Origin: Spirochaetia bacterium
Lineage (GTDB): Bacteria > Spirochaetota > Spirochaetia > CADAEX01
Assembly (NCBI GenBank): GCA_963662265.2
Contig: CAXXHA010000027.1
Location: 1-21,504, forward strand
Direction of reading: 5' to 3'
Length of the DNA stretch: 21,504 nt
Part shown: positions 1 through 7,800 of the stretch, piece by piece
How positions within the stretch are numbered: position 1 is the stretch's first letter
Layout: each line of letters starts with the position of its first letter
Made by a program: the position numbers and the translations under genes
Notes under the pieces: model-generated
What the model saw: only the letters and a program-made list of their open reading frames with translations
Database searches by the model: none
What the model was told of the DNA's origin: nothing

Positions 1-443
1 GAATACTGTTTCTGTTCAGGAGTCTCAGGTTTGCTGTCAATATCAATACTGATACTGTATTTATTCTTTATTTCTTCTATCCTGTACCTGTACTTTGATG
101 TATTCAGCTTCAGGCCGCCTACAGATTTGTTTCCCGCTATTATATTTTCAAAAACAGTGAACCCCGAAATAATTCCCGGGCTCTGGTGGACCATTCCTAT
201 TTTCCTGTCAAGTGCATCTCTGGGGCTGTTGAATTCTGTTTTTTCCCCCCGGTAGAGTATCTGGCCGCTGTCAGGCTGGAAAAGTCCTGTAAGCATATGC
301 ATCAGGGTAGACTTGCCTGATCCGTTTTCTCCGAGTATGGAGTGGGTTTCCCCCTCTACGAGGCTGAAATCTACATCATGGTTTGCCTTTACCATATTTT
401 CCGAGAAAGTTTTTGTTATTTTTCTTGCTTCAAGGATATACAT
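1..443 (-). CDS. ABC transporter ATP-binding protein (CUT2/nucleoside-riboflavin type, RfuB-like); runs off the window's left edge, so the C-terminal part is missing
   Basis: Not in the ORF track. Manual translation from ATG at 443 gives MYILEARKITKTFSENMVKANHDVDFSLVEGETHSILGENGSGKSTLMHMLTGLFQPDSGQI..., with Walker A GENGSGKST and Q-loop IGMVHQ. It begins 22 nt downstream of the BMP lipoprotein gene. Confidence 0.92.
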   Translation of the reverse strand, partial: MYILEARKITKTFSENMVKANHDVDFSLVEGETHSILGENGSGKSTLMHMLTGLFQPDSGQILYRGEKTEFNSPRDALDRKIGMVHQSPGIISGFTVFENIIAGNKSVGGLKLNTSKYRYRIEEIKNKYSISIDIDSKPETPEQKQY

Positions 444-465
444 AAGTTAAACAGGCTGCTTTTTA

Positions 466-1491
466 TCAGAAATGGGGCATTTCCAGTATGAGTTTGCCCT
501 CTCTGATGTCTTTTATTGTTTTACCCATGTCATTTCTTATTTCTTCAGGCACATTTTCAAGATATACAGGATCGTTGTCGACAAAATAGACATAATCATC
601 TTTTACACCCCTGATTACAGCTTTCCCGTATTCGAGTTTTCCTTCAAGAGCTTTTTTTACTGTCTCGTAAGCTGCCCTGTCCTGTCTCATGGCAGAACAT
701 CCTATGACAGTCCCTTCAGAAAGGCTGTACCCGTTGTTGTCAAACCAGAGCACATATTTACCCCTGTCACCGGCAGTTGAGATAATTCCCTGGGAAGCTC
801 CCCCTGCTATTGCAAGTATGGCTTCACACCCCGAGCTGTACATCTTTCCCGCAAGTTCAGCCCCTTTTGAGGCATCATACCAGTTTCCCACAATCCTGAA
901 ATCCAGTTCCATATCAGGGTCTACAGATCTTAATCCTTCTATATATCCCGGTTTAATAACATTATTCATCATCGGGTATTCCTGCCCTGCAATAAGCCCT
1001 GCTTTAAGCTCTTTCTCTTTTGAGCCGGCTTTTGTCATAAGGGCTCCGAATCTTCCTATCAGGTATGCCTGTTCATAGCTGTTGTAGAGGAATGTATAGA
1101 TATTTTCCTTTCCTTCCATATAACCGTCCAGGATTATGAATTTCTGAGCAGGAAATATCGCGGAAATCCGGGAGCATATTTCCGGCATTGCCGGGTTTGA
1201 AGTTATAATTACATCATAGTTCCTGGTACTTGCAATTGCTGTAATTTTATTTTCCCATTCCCCCTGGTTGAATCCGCCCTCTATTATATTCATTTCAGCT
1301 CCGGATTCACTGACTGCCTTTTCAGCACCTTCCGCCAGCATTTCGTAGGTCGGGCTGCCTGCAATTACTCCCGGAATAAAAACTGCAACTGAGTCTGCTT
1401 TGTCTTCAGCTTCTTTTTTATTCCGGCTGCATCCTGTCAGGGAAACTATTATAATTAATGCTGTGACTAATATGGCTGCTTTTTTCAACAT
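466..1491 (-). CDS. rfuA: BMP-family ABC transporter substrate-binding lipoprotein, likely riboflavin-binding RfuA ortholog
   Basis: Start moved from 1572 to ATG 1491 (MLKKAAILVTALIIIVSLTG-C), which gives a signal peptide with lipobox and an AGGAG RBS 8 nt upstream. Motifs AVFIPG..SPTYEML, SNPAMP, GLIAGQEYP, VGNWYDASK and WFDNNGY match Treponema pallidum TP0298/RfuA as I recall it. The BMP family call is firm; the riboflavin specificity is an inference. Confidence 0.8.
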   Translation of the reverse strand: MLKKAAILVTALIIIVSLTGCSRNKKEAEDKADSVAVFIPGVIAGSPTYEMLAEGAEKAVSESGAEMNIIEGGFNQGEWENKITAIASTRNYDVIITSNPAMPEICSRISAIFPAQKFIILDGYMEGKENIYTFLYNSYEQAYLIGRFGALMTKAGSKEKELKAGLIAGQEYPMMNNVIKPGYIEGLRSVDPDMELDFRIVGNWYDASKGAELAGKMYSSGCEAILAIAGGASQGIISTAGDRGKYVLWFDNNGYSLSEGTVIGCSAMRQDRAAYETVKKALEGKLEYGKAVIRGVKDDYVYFVDNDPVYLENVPEEIRNDMGKTIKDIREGKLILEMPHF

Positions 1492-1520
1492 TGCTTTTGC
1501 TCCTGGGTTTTTAAAATGGA

Positions 1521-1603
1521 ACAGATCTATCTGTAAATCAAGTTTTAATATCATTTTTATAAATAGTAGCATTAATGTTTATTTTCATAACAGATCTGAT
1601 CTG
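1521..1603. promoter_or_regulatory. Pair of related palindromes (candidate transcription-factor operators) upstream of the rfuA-like gene
   Basis: ACAGAT-CT-ATCTGT at 1521-1534 and CAGATC-T-GATCTG at 1591-1603, both in the context AACAGATCT(G)ATCTG(T)AAAT. Confidence 0.4.
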
Positions 1604-1814
1604 AAATTTAAATAAAAAATTGCTGTTGCGGCCTGCCTCCCTTCTGCCTCTCTCAATTTCTTTATAAATATATTATAATATATAAAGATAGTATGAAATA
1701 TGATATTTTATTACTGTAATTGCAAATAATTGTTTGAAAAAAGTGAAATTCTGGATGATAAATAGAGATGGAATAAAATAATTTTATATTGAGTAAAAGG
1801 GTGCGTCAGTTCTA

Positions 1815-1844
1815 TTGACCATGAAAGAATTGACATGTTATGGT
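1815..1844 (+). promoter_or_regulatory. Putative sigma70 promoter for the prs-FGGY operon
   Basis: TTGACC (1815-1820), 18-nt spacer, TG-n-TATGGT (1839-1844), 30 nt upstream of the prs ATG. Confidence 0.35.
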
Positions 1845-1874
1845 CTGCTTGAAATCAATAAATTGGGGTAAATA

Positions 1875-3110
1875 ATGCGATTTTCTAAGCCTGTCAATCT
1901 GGGTATTGTTGCCTGTCCCGGAGCCGAAGTTTTTGCTGATGATATAATGTTAAATCTTAAAAAGAATTACTCGAAAAAACATAAGCAGAAAGCTGATCTT
2001 GTTTCCAGACTTTACGGAATGGAAAGGGAAGAAGTTGAAAAGAAGATAAATTTTCTGCTTGATGTTGAAGATGCTGATTTGAATATTCATGGAGATGTTG
2101 AAAAATACAGAGCACCGGATTTTAAAATACCGGTAAAGTATACAAGATTTGCCAATGGAGAGTTTAAATCGGAAATCCTTGCCTCTGTCCGGGGAATGGA
2201 TGTCTTTGTGATCCAGGATGTGGAAAACCATTATCCTCTTGATATCAATGGGGATGGTTCCAGGGTCTCTTGTTCTGTCAATGACCATGTGTTTACACTG
2301 TTTGCTACAATCGATGCTGTTTTTCAGTCAGGTGCACGTTCCGTGTCAGTTGTAGTTCCCGCTTATCCTTATGCCAGGCAGCATAAGAGAAAGGGAAGAG
2401 AAGCTCTTACTGCCGCACTTTTCGGCAGAATTCTTGAAAATATGGGTGTAAGCAGGATTATTACTCTTGATATCCATTCAAAAGAGATTGAAAACTGCCT
2501 TAACATCTGCCGTATGGAAGATCTTCATGCATCCTACCAGATAATCAGGACACTTCTTGATTTTGTGAATATAGATGAAACTGACCTTGTTATAGTGTCT
2601 CCCGATACAGGCGCTGTTGACAGGAATAAATTTTATGCATTCAACCTTAACAAGCCTCTTGCAATCCTCTACAAGGAAAGAGATTATTCAAAAGTAACAA
2701 ACAATGCGAGTGACAACAATATAACATCTGTGCGTCTTCTTGGGGATGTTAAGGGGAAGACTGTTTTTATGGCTGATGATATGGTCGGTACAGGCGGTAC
2801 GCTTATCAAGGCTATGAAGCTTCTTAAGGAGATGGGGGCTGAAAAAGTCATCTGCGCAATCAGTCTTCCTTTTTTCACAGGAAATGCAATAAATAGTTTT
2901 GATGAAGCATACAAGAAAGGGTATTTTGATAAAATCATAGGTACAAATGCGGTTTATCACAATGACAGCCTCTATGGTAAAGAGTGGTATGTTAATGCTG
3001 ATATATCTGATCTTTTTGCAAGGGTTATATCCCGACTTTTCCAGGAAAGAACTTTGACACCTCTTATTGATGACAGGGATATTATACAGAGACTGCTGAA
3101 AAACAGTTGA
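1875..3110 (+). CDS. prs: Ribose-phosphate pyrophosphokinase (PRPP synthetase), long spirochete-type form
   Basis: Motifs RFANGE, PAYPYARQHKR, ITLDIHS, VSPDTGA and the PRPP-binding motif MADDMVGTGGTL; 411 aa. Confidence 0.95.
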   Translation: MRFSKPVNLGIVACPGAEVFADDIMLNLKKNYSKKHKQKADLVSRLYGMEREEVEKKINFLLDVEDADLNIHGDVEKYRAPDFKIPVKYTRFANGEFKSEILASVRGMDVFVIQDVENHYPLDINGDGSRVSCSVNDHVFTLFATIDAVFQSGARSVSVVVPAYPYARQHKRKGREALTAALFGRILENMGVSRIITLDIHSKEIENCLNICRMEDLHASYQIIRTLLDFVNIDETDLVIVSPDTGAVDRNKFYAFNLNKPLAILYKERDYSKVTNNASDNNITSVRLLGDVKGKTVFMADDMVGTGGTLIKAMKLLKEMGAEKVICAISLPFFTGNAINSFDEAYKKGYFDKIIGTNAVYHNDSLYGKEWYVNADISDLFARVISRLFQERTLTPLIDDRDIIQRLLKNS

Positions 3111-3120
3111 AAATCATCTG

Positions 3121-4509
3121 ATGAAGGAAACAGTACTTGCCATTGATATAGGCACATCCTCGATTAAAGCCGGTATTATAAACCGGAAGGGTGAGCTTTT
3201 ATCATGGAGCAGGACTGCCTACATTGAATGCCGCGACTTTGTAAACGGCTGGAGCACCGATATATGGCCACAAGCTCTCAAGAAAGTTTTTAAAGGTCTT
3301 GATAACCCGGAAAAGGCTGATGCTGTTGTTGTCAGCGGCAACGGCCCGACTCTGATATCTGTAAAAAAAGATGGCAGCTATTTCAATGATCCCTATCTGT
3401 GGTCTGATAACAGAAAGGCTGAAAAAGGGATGCTTGATTCGTTTTATCTTCCTGCTGCCCTCTGGATGAGGGAAAATTCCCCCCTACAGTACAGGGATAC
3501 ATATTCATTTCATACAATAGAAAGTTTTATCCCGTTCCTTATTACCGGGGAATCCAAAATTCCGCTGCCGAATAAGGAATTCAGGAAATATATCTGGGAT
3601 GCTGATGAGATCAGTCAGTCAGGTCTTGATGGTGAGAAATTTCCCGATTTTGTAGGAACTGGAGAGGTTATAGGTTATGTTTCCGGGCAATTCGCAGACA
3701 CTCTCGGGATAAGGGAGGGGGTTCCTGTTTTTGCCGGGGGGAGTGATTATCTCATGGCGCTTCTTGGAGCAGGGGCTGTGAGCCCCGGAACTGTCTGTGA
3801 CCGAGCCGGAACATCTGAGGGGATAAACTACTGCAGCTCAGAGTCTTATGACTACCCGGGCCTCCGCTGCCTTCCTCATATAATAGGCGGTTATTATAAT
3901 ATTTCCGCAATTCTCACCTCGTCCGGAAGAATATTCGAATGGTTCAGGAAAATTTCGGGGCAGGAAAAGCTTGATTACATGGAGCTTCTGTCTGAAATAA
4001 ACAAGGTTATTCTGTCTGATTCTGATCTCTATTTCTTTCCGTCGCTTAAAAAAGGGGCAGTCTGGGATTTCTCCGGCGGCGCAATGATAGGTCTTGAACC
4101 TGAACATGGAATTCCTGAAGCAGGAAGTGCTGTGGTTAAATCGATAGGCTTTGCTGTACGGAATATGATTGAGCTCATGGAAAATGCCGGTTTCCCTGTT
4201 GATAATGTTAGAGTTTCAGGGGGGCAGGCCAGAAATCCTCTCTGGAACCAGATGAAATCTGACATGACAGGAAAGAGGATTCTTGTGCCGGAAATATATG
4301 ACGGCGAGCTTCTCGGGTGCGCCTGCTGCGGATTCCTGGGGCTTGGGGTACACAGCAGCCTTTCTGAAGGCAGCAGCACTCTTGTGCGGTACAAGGATGA
4401 GTATGTGCCTGACAGTTCCCGGTTTGAAAAATATACAAGGCTTTACAGAAGGTATTCAGATATCAATACCAGGATAACCGCACTTTTTGAAAGCATATCA
4501 TCTAAATAA
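3121..4509 (+). CDS. FGGY-family carbohydrate kinase (xylulokinase-like)
   Basis: N-terminal LAIDIGTSSIKA, LWSDNR, GGSD, and C-terminal VSGGQARNPLWNQMKSD. Starts 10 nt after prs, suggesting an operon. The substrate cannot be determined from the sequence. Confidence 0.9.
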   Translation: MKETVLAIDIGTSSIKAGIINRKGELLSWSRTAYIECRDFVNGWSTDIWPQALKKVFKGLDNPEKADAVVVSGNGPTLISVKKDGSYFNDPYLWSDNRKAEKGMLDSFYLPAALWMRENSPLQYRDTYSFHTIESFIPFLITGESKIPLPNKEFRKYIWDADEISQSGLDGEKFPDFVGTGEVIGYVSGQFADTLGIREGVPVFAGGSDYLMALLGAGAVSPGTVCDRAGTSEGINYCSSESYDYPGLRCLPHIIGGYYNISAILTSSGRIFEWFRKISGQEKLDYMELLSEINKVILSDSDLYFFPSLKKGAVWDFSGGAMIGLEPEHGIPEAGSAVVKSIGFAVRNMIELMENAGFPVDNVRVSGGQARNPLWNQMKSDMTGKRILVPEIYDGELLGCACCGFLGLGVHSSLSEGSSTLVRYKDEYVPDSSRFEKYTRLYRRYSDINTRITALFESISSK

Positions 4510-4633
4510 GATGGTGTGGCTTCAAACCTGCTGACGCTTTCTCATAGGCTTATCATACAGTTGAAGCGATTTGTTTCCTAACTGTTAATAATTGGGTTTT
4601 AAGTTAAATCAGCTGGTAAAATGAAAAAACGTA

Positions 4634-6988
4634 GTGTATCATGACTCATATATGGATATAGGCAGTTTGAAACCTGGAAAGGGTGTATTCAGTTATTCCA
4701 ATCTTGTTTTTCCCCGGAAAATTATTTTTCTTTTTCTCGTCAGTTCATTCTTCGCGATAATTCTGTTTGTTATTCTTGCCCTTCAGATCAATAAATGGGC
4801 TGTAAAGCGCAACGAGGAAATATTTAATGAACAGCAGTCTCTGCAAGTGCTTCTTGCAAAGCAGGCTCTTGAAGAAAACCTGTATGAGTTCCGGTATGAT
4901 GTAGAGATAATGCAGCTTTATTTCAGGGAGATTTTGCTTGGCAATGGAGAGATTCATTTCGAGAAAGATGCCCTTTTTCAGCTTCTTCAGACCAGCAAGC
5001 AGGAAATACTGACATTCCTGGTGTCGGATTCAGATAATAACATAGTCTACAGTAATTTTTCTGTAGGCAATAAGGGCAGCGATGCCAAGTTTGTTGCCGA
5101 AGCATGGATCAAGGATTACCTCCTTTTCAGGGATAACTGGAGAAAGTCCTCTTTCACTCCGCCTGTTTATATAACAAAAAATCTTCAAATGATGGGGTAT
5201 ATTGTCCCGGTCTGGAAGGAGGATGAGCAGCTTGGTGTTTTCTGTGTTGTTGTTGATCTGCAGCCTATGATTCACCGTTTTATCTTTCCTATGACAATGG
5301 GGAATTACGGGACAGGAAGGTTTCTCAACCAGGACGGAGTTCTTCTTTTTGACAGCAATTATTACAATGTCGGACGAAATCTGGCTGACATAGTCGGGGA
5401 TGATTCAGGTCTTGACCGTTACTTTAATGAGAAAATCGTTGATACTGCTGTCGGTGGTGGGGAGCTCTTTATCCCTGATGATAAAGGGAGGGAAAAAAGA
5501 GTTATTGCGGCGTGGCATTCCCTCAACATCGGAAGGGAGCAGCTTATACTTCTTCTTACAGCATCGGAAGAACAGGTAAGTGCTGCACTTCTAGATCTTC
5601 ATTCCCAGATAAATATTCTGGGGATACTAATTGCATCTTTTGTAATTATTGTGAATTTCCTGCTTATCTATTCGAGAAAGAAAGCTGTACAGGAAAGCGC
5701 AAGGCAGCTTGAGGAGCTTGTCCGGAAAAGGACGGAAGAGCTTACATTGAGCGAAATAAGATACCAGGCGATTTTTCAGTCAGTCAATGACGGTCTTTTC
5801 CTGGTTGAACGCAATATGATAATAAATTTCAATAAGAAAGCTCTTTCCATGTTTGGCTACAGTGAGGAAGAGGTTAAAAAGCTCAGTCCCTATGATATTT
5901 CTGTTCTTTCCATAAAAAATGAAGATGGAGAGGTGAAGACTCTGAGGTCTTATGTCAGGAGAGCGCTTTTTGGTACTCCCCAGTCTTTCGAATGGATCCA
6001 GGTAAGAAAAGACGGAAGCAGGTTTGAGTCTGAGCTTAATCTTTCAGCTGTTGTGATGGAAGATAAAAAGATGCTTATTTCTGTTGTCCGTGATATTACC
6101 CAGCGTAAAAAAAATGAAAAACAGATCCGGGAGCTTAACGCGGAACTTGAAGATAGGGTGAAGCAGAGGACTCTTGAACTTGAAAATGCAAATACAGCTC
6201 TTTCCGATTCGATAGAAGAGCTCAAGACTACCCAGAAAAGCCTTGTTGAGGCTGAGAAAATGGCTTCCCTGGGTGTGCTTGTTGCCGGTATTGCCCATGA
6301 AATCAATACACCGGTCGGGGTCGGTGTTACTGCAGCTTCTCACCTGAAGGAACATACTTCATCTATTGCCAGAAGGTATTCGGACGGGGATATGAGAAGA
6401 TCCGAACTGGAGGAATATATCAATATTGCTGATGAATCGGCAGATGTAATACTTGAAAACCTTAATATGGCATCAGGACATATCAAGAGTTTTAAAAATG
6501 TTGCAGTTGATCAGGCGAGCCGGGAGATCAGGAAGTTTAATCTCAAGGAATATATCGCAGATGTAATAGCCTCGCTGAATCCTGTAATAAGGAAGACAGA
6601 GCATTCAATAAACCTGGAGGGTGATGCTTCTCTGGAAGTTGAGAGTGTTGCAGGGTCTGTTTCACAGGTTTTTACAAACCTGATTATGAATTCCCTAAGC
6701 CATGCTTTTGAAGGGATTGAAAAGGGGAATATAGATATCAGTATTTCCAGGAAAGGGAAAAATGCAGTTGTAAAATACAGCGATGACGGGAATGGTATGA
6801 GCGAAGAAGTTCTGGTTAGAATTTTTGATCCTTTTTTCACTACCAAGCGGGGGAAAGGGGGCAGTGGCCTGGGAATGCATATTGTGTATAACCTGGTTAC
6901 CCAGAGTCTTGGCGGTGAAATAGAGTGCCGGAGTTCAGTGGGAAAAGGGACAAAAATTTTGATAAAATTCCCACTTGGCATAAAATAG
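4634..6988 (+). CDS. Membrane-bound PAS-domain sensor histidine kinase (TM - extracytoplasmic Cache-like region - TM - PAS - HisKA - HATPase_c)
   Basis: Two hydrophobic TM stretches; PAS region (IFQSVNDG...RKDGSRF...VRDIT); H-box AGIAHEINTP; N-box NLIMNS; G1 DDGNGM; F-box FDPFFTTK; G2 GSGLGM. Start uncertain (GTG 4634 or ATG 4652). Confidence 0.93.
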   Translation: MYHDSYMDIGSLKPGKGVFSYSNLVFPRKIIFLFLVSSFFAIILFVILALQINKWAVKRNEEIFNEQQSLQVLLAKQALEENLYEFRYDVEIMQLYFREILLGNGEIHFEKDALFQLLQTSKQEILTFLVSDSDNNIVYSNFSVGNKGSDAKFVAEAWIKDYLLFRDNWRKSSFTPPVYITKNLQMMGYIVPVWKEDEQLGVFCVVVDLQPMIHRFIFPMTMGNYGTGRFLNQDGVLLFDSNYYNVGRNLADIVGDDSGLDRYFNEKIVDTAVGGGELFIPDDKGREKRVIAAWHSLNIGREQLILLLTASEEQVSAALLDLHSQINILGILIASFVIIVNFLLIYSRKKAVQESARQLEELVRKRTEELTLSEIRYQAIFQSVNDGLFLVERNMIINFNKKALSMFGYSEEEVKKLSPYDISVLSIKNEDGEVKTLRSYVRRALFGTPQSFEWIQVRKDGSRFESELNLSAVVMEDKKMLISVVRDITQRKKNEKQIRELNAELEDRVKQRTLELENANTALSDSIEELKTTQKSLVEAEKMASLGVLVAGIAHEINTPVGVGVTAASHLKEHTSSIARRYSDGDMRRSELEEYINIADESADVILENLNMASGHIKSFKNVAVDQASREIRKFNLKEYIADVIASLNPVIRKTEHSINLEGDASLEVESVAGSVSQVFTNLIMNSLSHAFEGIEKGNIDISISRKGKNAVVKYSDDGNGMSEEVLVRIFDPFFTTKRGKGGSGLGMHIVYNLVTQSLGGEIECRSSVGKGTKILIKFPLGIK

Positions 6989-7021
6989 GCATAGAATAAA
7001 TTTAATTAATTCTATATTCTA

Positions 7022-7050
7022 TTGACAAAAGCAGTTATGTTTGCTAATTT
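7022..7050 (+). promoter_or_regulatory. Sigma70 promoter for tRNA-Thr-rpmG-tRNA-Trp-secE-nusG
   Basis: Perfect TTGACA (7022-7027), 17-nt spacer, TG-n-TAATTT (7045-7050), with an AT-rich UP-like tract upstream. Confidence 0.65.
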
Positions 7051-7083
7051 TGCTCTCGTTATCCAGTTAGCTTAATAAGGCTT

Positions 7084-7156
7084 GCCCTTGTAGCTCAGTC
7101 GGTAGAGCACCTCCATGGTAAGGAGGGGGTCACCGGTTCAAGTCCGGTCGAGGGCT
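7084..7156 (+). tRNA. tRNA-Thr(GGT)
   Basis: Cloverleaf: acceptor GCCCTTG/CGAGGGC, D-arm GCTC/GAGC, anticodon arm CCTCC-AT GGT AA-GGAGG, T-arm ACCGG-TTCAAGT-CCGGT. CCA not encoded. Confidence 0.97.
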
Positions 7157-7228
7157 TATTAATATGAAAATTGACCGGATGCGTTTCTGGTGATTAGTGA
7201 TTTTATCGATTTTATAGGAGATTCGGAT

Positions 7229-7405
7229 ATGGCATCAAAGAAAAAAGGTTCTGTTGAGCTTATAGCTCTCAAATGTTCTGAATGCGGAAGAAGAAATTAT
7301 ACTACATCCAAGAACCGAAAGAATATACAGACCAAGATGGAATTCAATAAATACTGCAGATTTGACAAGAAGCATACTCTGCACAAAGAAACTAAAATTA
7401 AATAA
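7229..7405 (+). CDS. rpmG: 50S ribosomal protein L33
   Basis: [32 protein letters not shown]...[19 protein letters not shown] 7229 is preceded by AGGAG; the ORF-track start at 7190 is too far upstream. Confidence 0.96.
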   Translation: MASKKKGSVELIALKCSECGRRNYTTSKNRKNIQTKMEFNKYCRFDKKHTLHKETKIK

Positions 7406-7471
7406 GTTTTCAAGCACCTTCCTGTAAAATGTTTTAACATTTATACATGGTGCACTGCTAAGTAATTACTT

Positions 7472-7545
7472 AGGCCAGTAGCTCCAATGGCTAGAGCGCC
7501 GGTCTCCAAAACCGGATGTTGTAGGTTCGAGTCCTACCTGGCCTG
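7472..7545 (+). tRNA. tRNA-Trp(CCA)
   Basis: Acceptor AGGCCAG/CTGGCCT, anticodon arm CCGGT-CT CCA AA-ACCGG, T-arm GTAGG-TTCGAGT-CCTAC. Canonical position between rpmG and secE; 3' CCA not encoded. Confidence 0.97.
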
Positions 7546-7556
7546 TTTTTATTCGC

Positions 7557-7781
7557 ATGGCGGATTTTGTTTATCGGACTTTTTTGTCAGGTAAGTTTCT
7601 GCTTGTTGCGGTATAGTAATATGGGTTTTGGGATTTGACTTATCAGATCCGCCATAAAATCCATACCTTACAGACCCGGCAGTTATGCCGGATTTCCAAA
7701 CACAGCGGGAGAAGCAGGTTTTTTAGATGCCTGTTTCCTGGTGAGTGCAGGAACGAAAGGTGTTGTGCCTTTCATATCGCT
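7557..7781 (+). other. Structured intergenic region (candidate cis-regulatory or non-coding RNA) between tRNA-Trp and secE
   Basis: Several stem-loops found by eye: 7620-7665, 7676-7691 and a four-way junction at 7704-7781, plus an alternative long-range pairing 7557-7565/7647-7655. Confidence 0.35.
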
Positions 7782-7800
7782 TTTGATTTTGGGAGAAAGC

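Noticed and set aside
31-255. 74-aa plus-strand ORF
   Set aside because: It is antisense to the ABC ATPase on the minus strand, which has clear Walker A and Q-loop motifs; a shadow ORF.
1661-1686. Palindrome TATATTATAATATA giving TATAAT on both strands
   Set aside because: Pure A/T in a very AT-rich spacer with no convincing -35 on either side; expected by chance.
1492-1700. FMN or purine riboswitch upstream of the BMP lipoprotein gene
   Set aside because: The minus-strand leader lacks the conserved FMN (GGGCAGGGTGAAATTCCC..CCGGCGGT) and purine (TATAAT..GATATGG..GTTTCTAC) cores and is mostly AT-rich.
4519-4567. Imperfect hairpin GCTTCAA...TTGAAGC after the FGGY kinase
   Set aside because: The stem is interrupted and has no clear U-tract, so it is not supportable as a terminator or ncRNA.
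6988-7545. tRNA-associated integrated element or genomic island
   Set aside because: No integrase, no duplicated tRNA 3' end (att) and no foreign genes downstream of either tRNA.
7741-7800. N-terminal extensions in the ORF track (secE from 7741; also rpmG 7190, tuf 20101, lipoprotein 1572)
   Set aside because: Downstream ATGs have clear RBS motifs and give family-typical N-termini and lengths.
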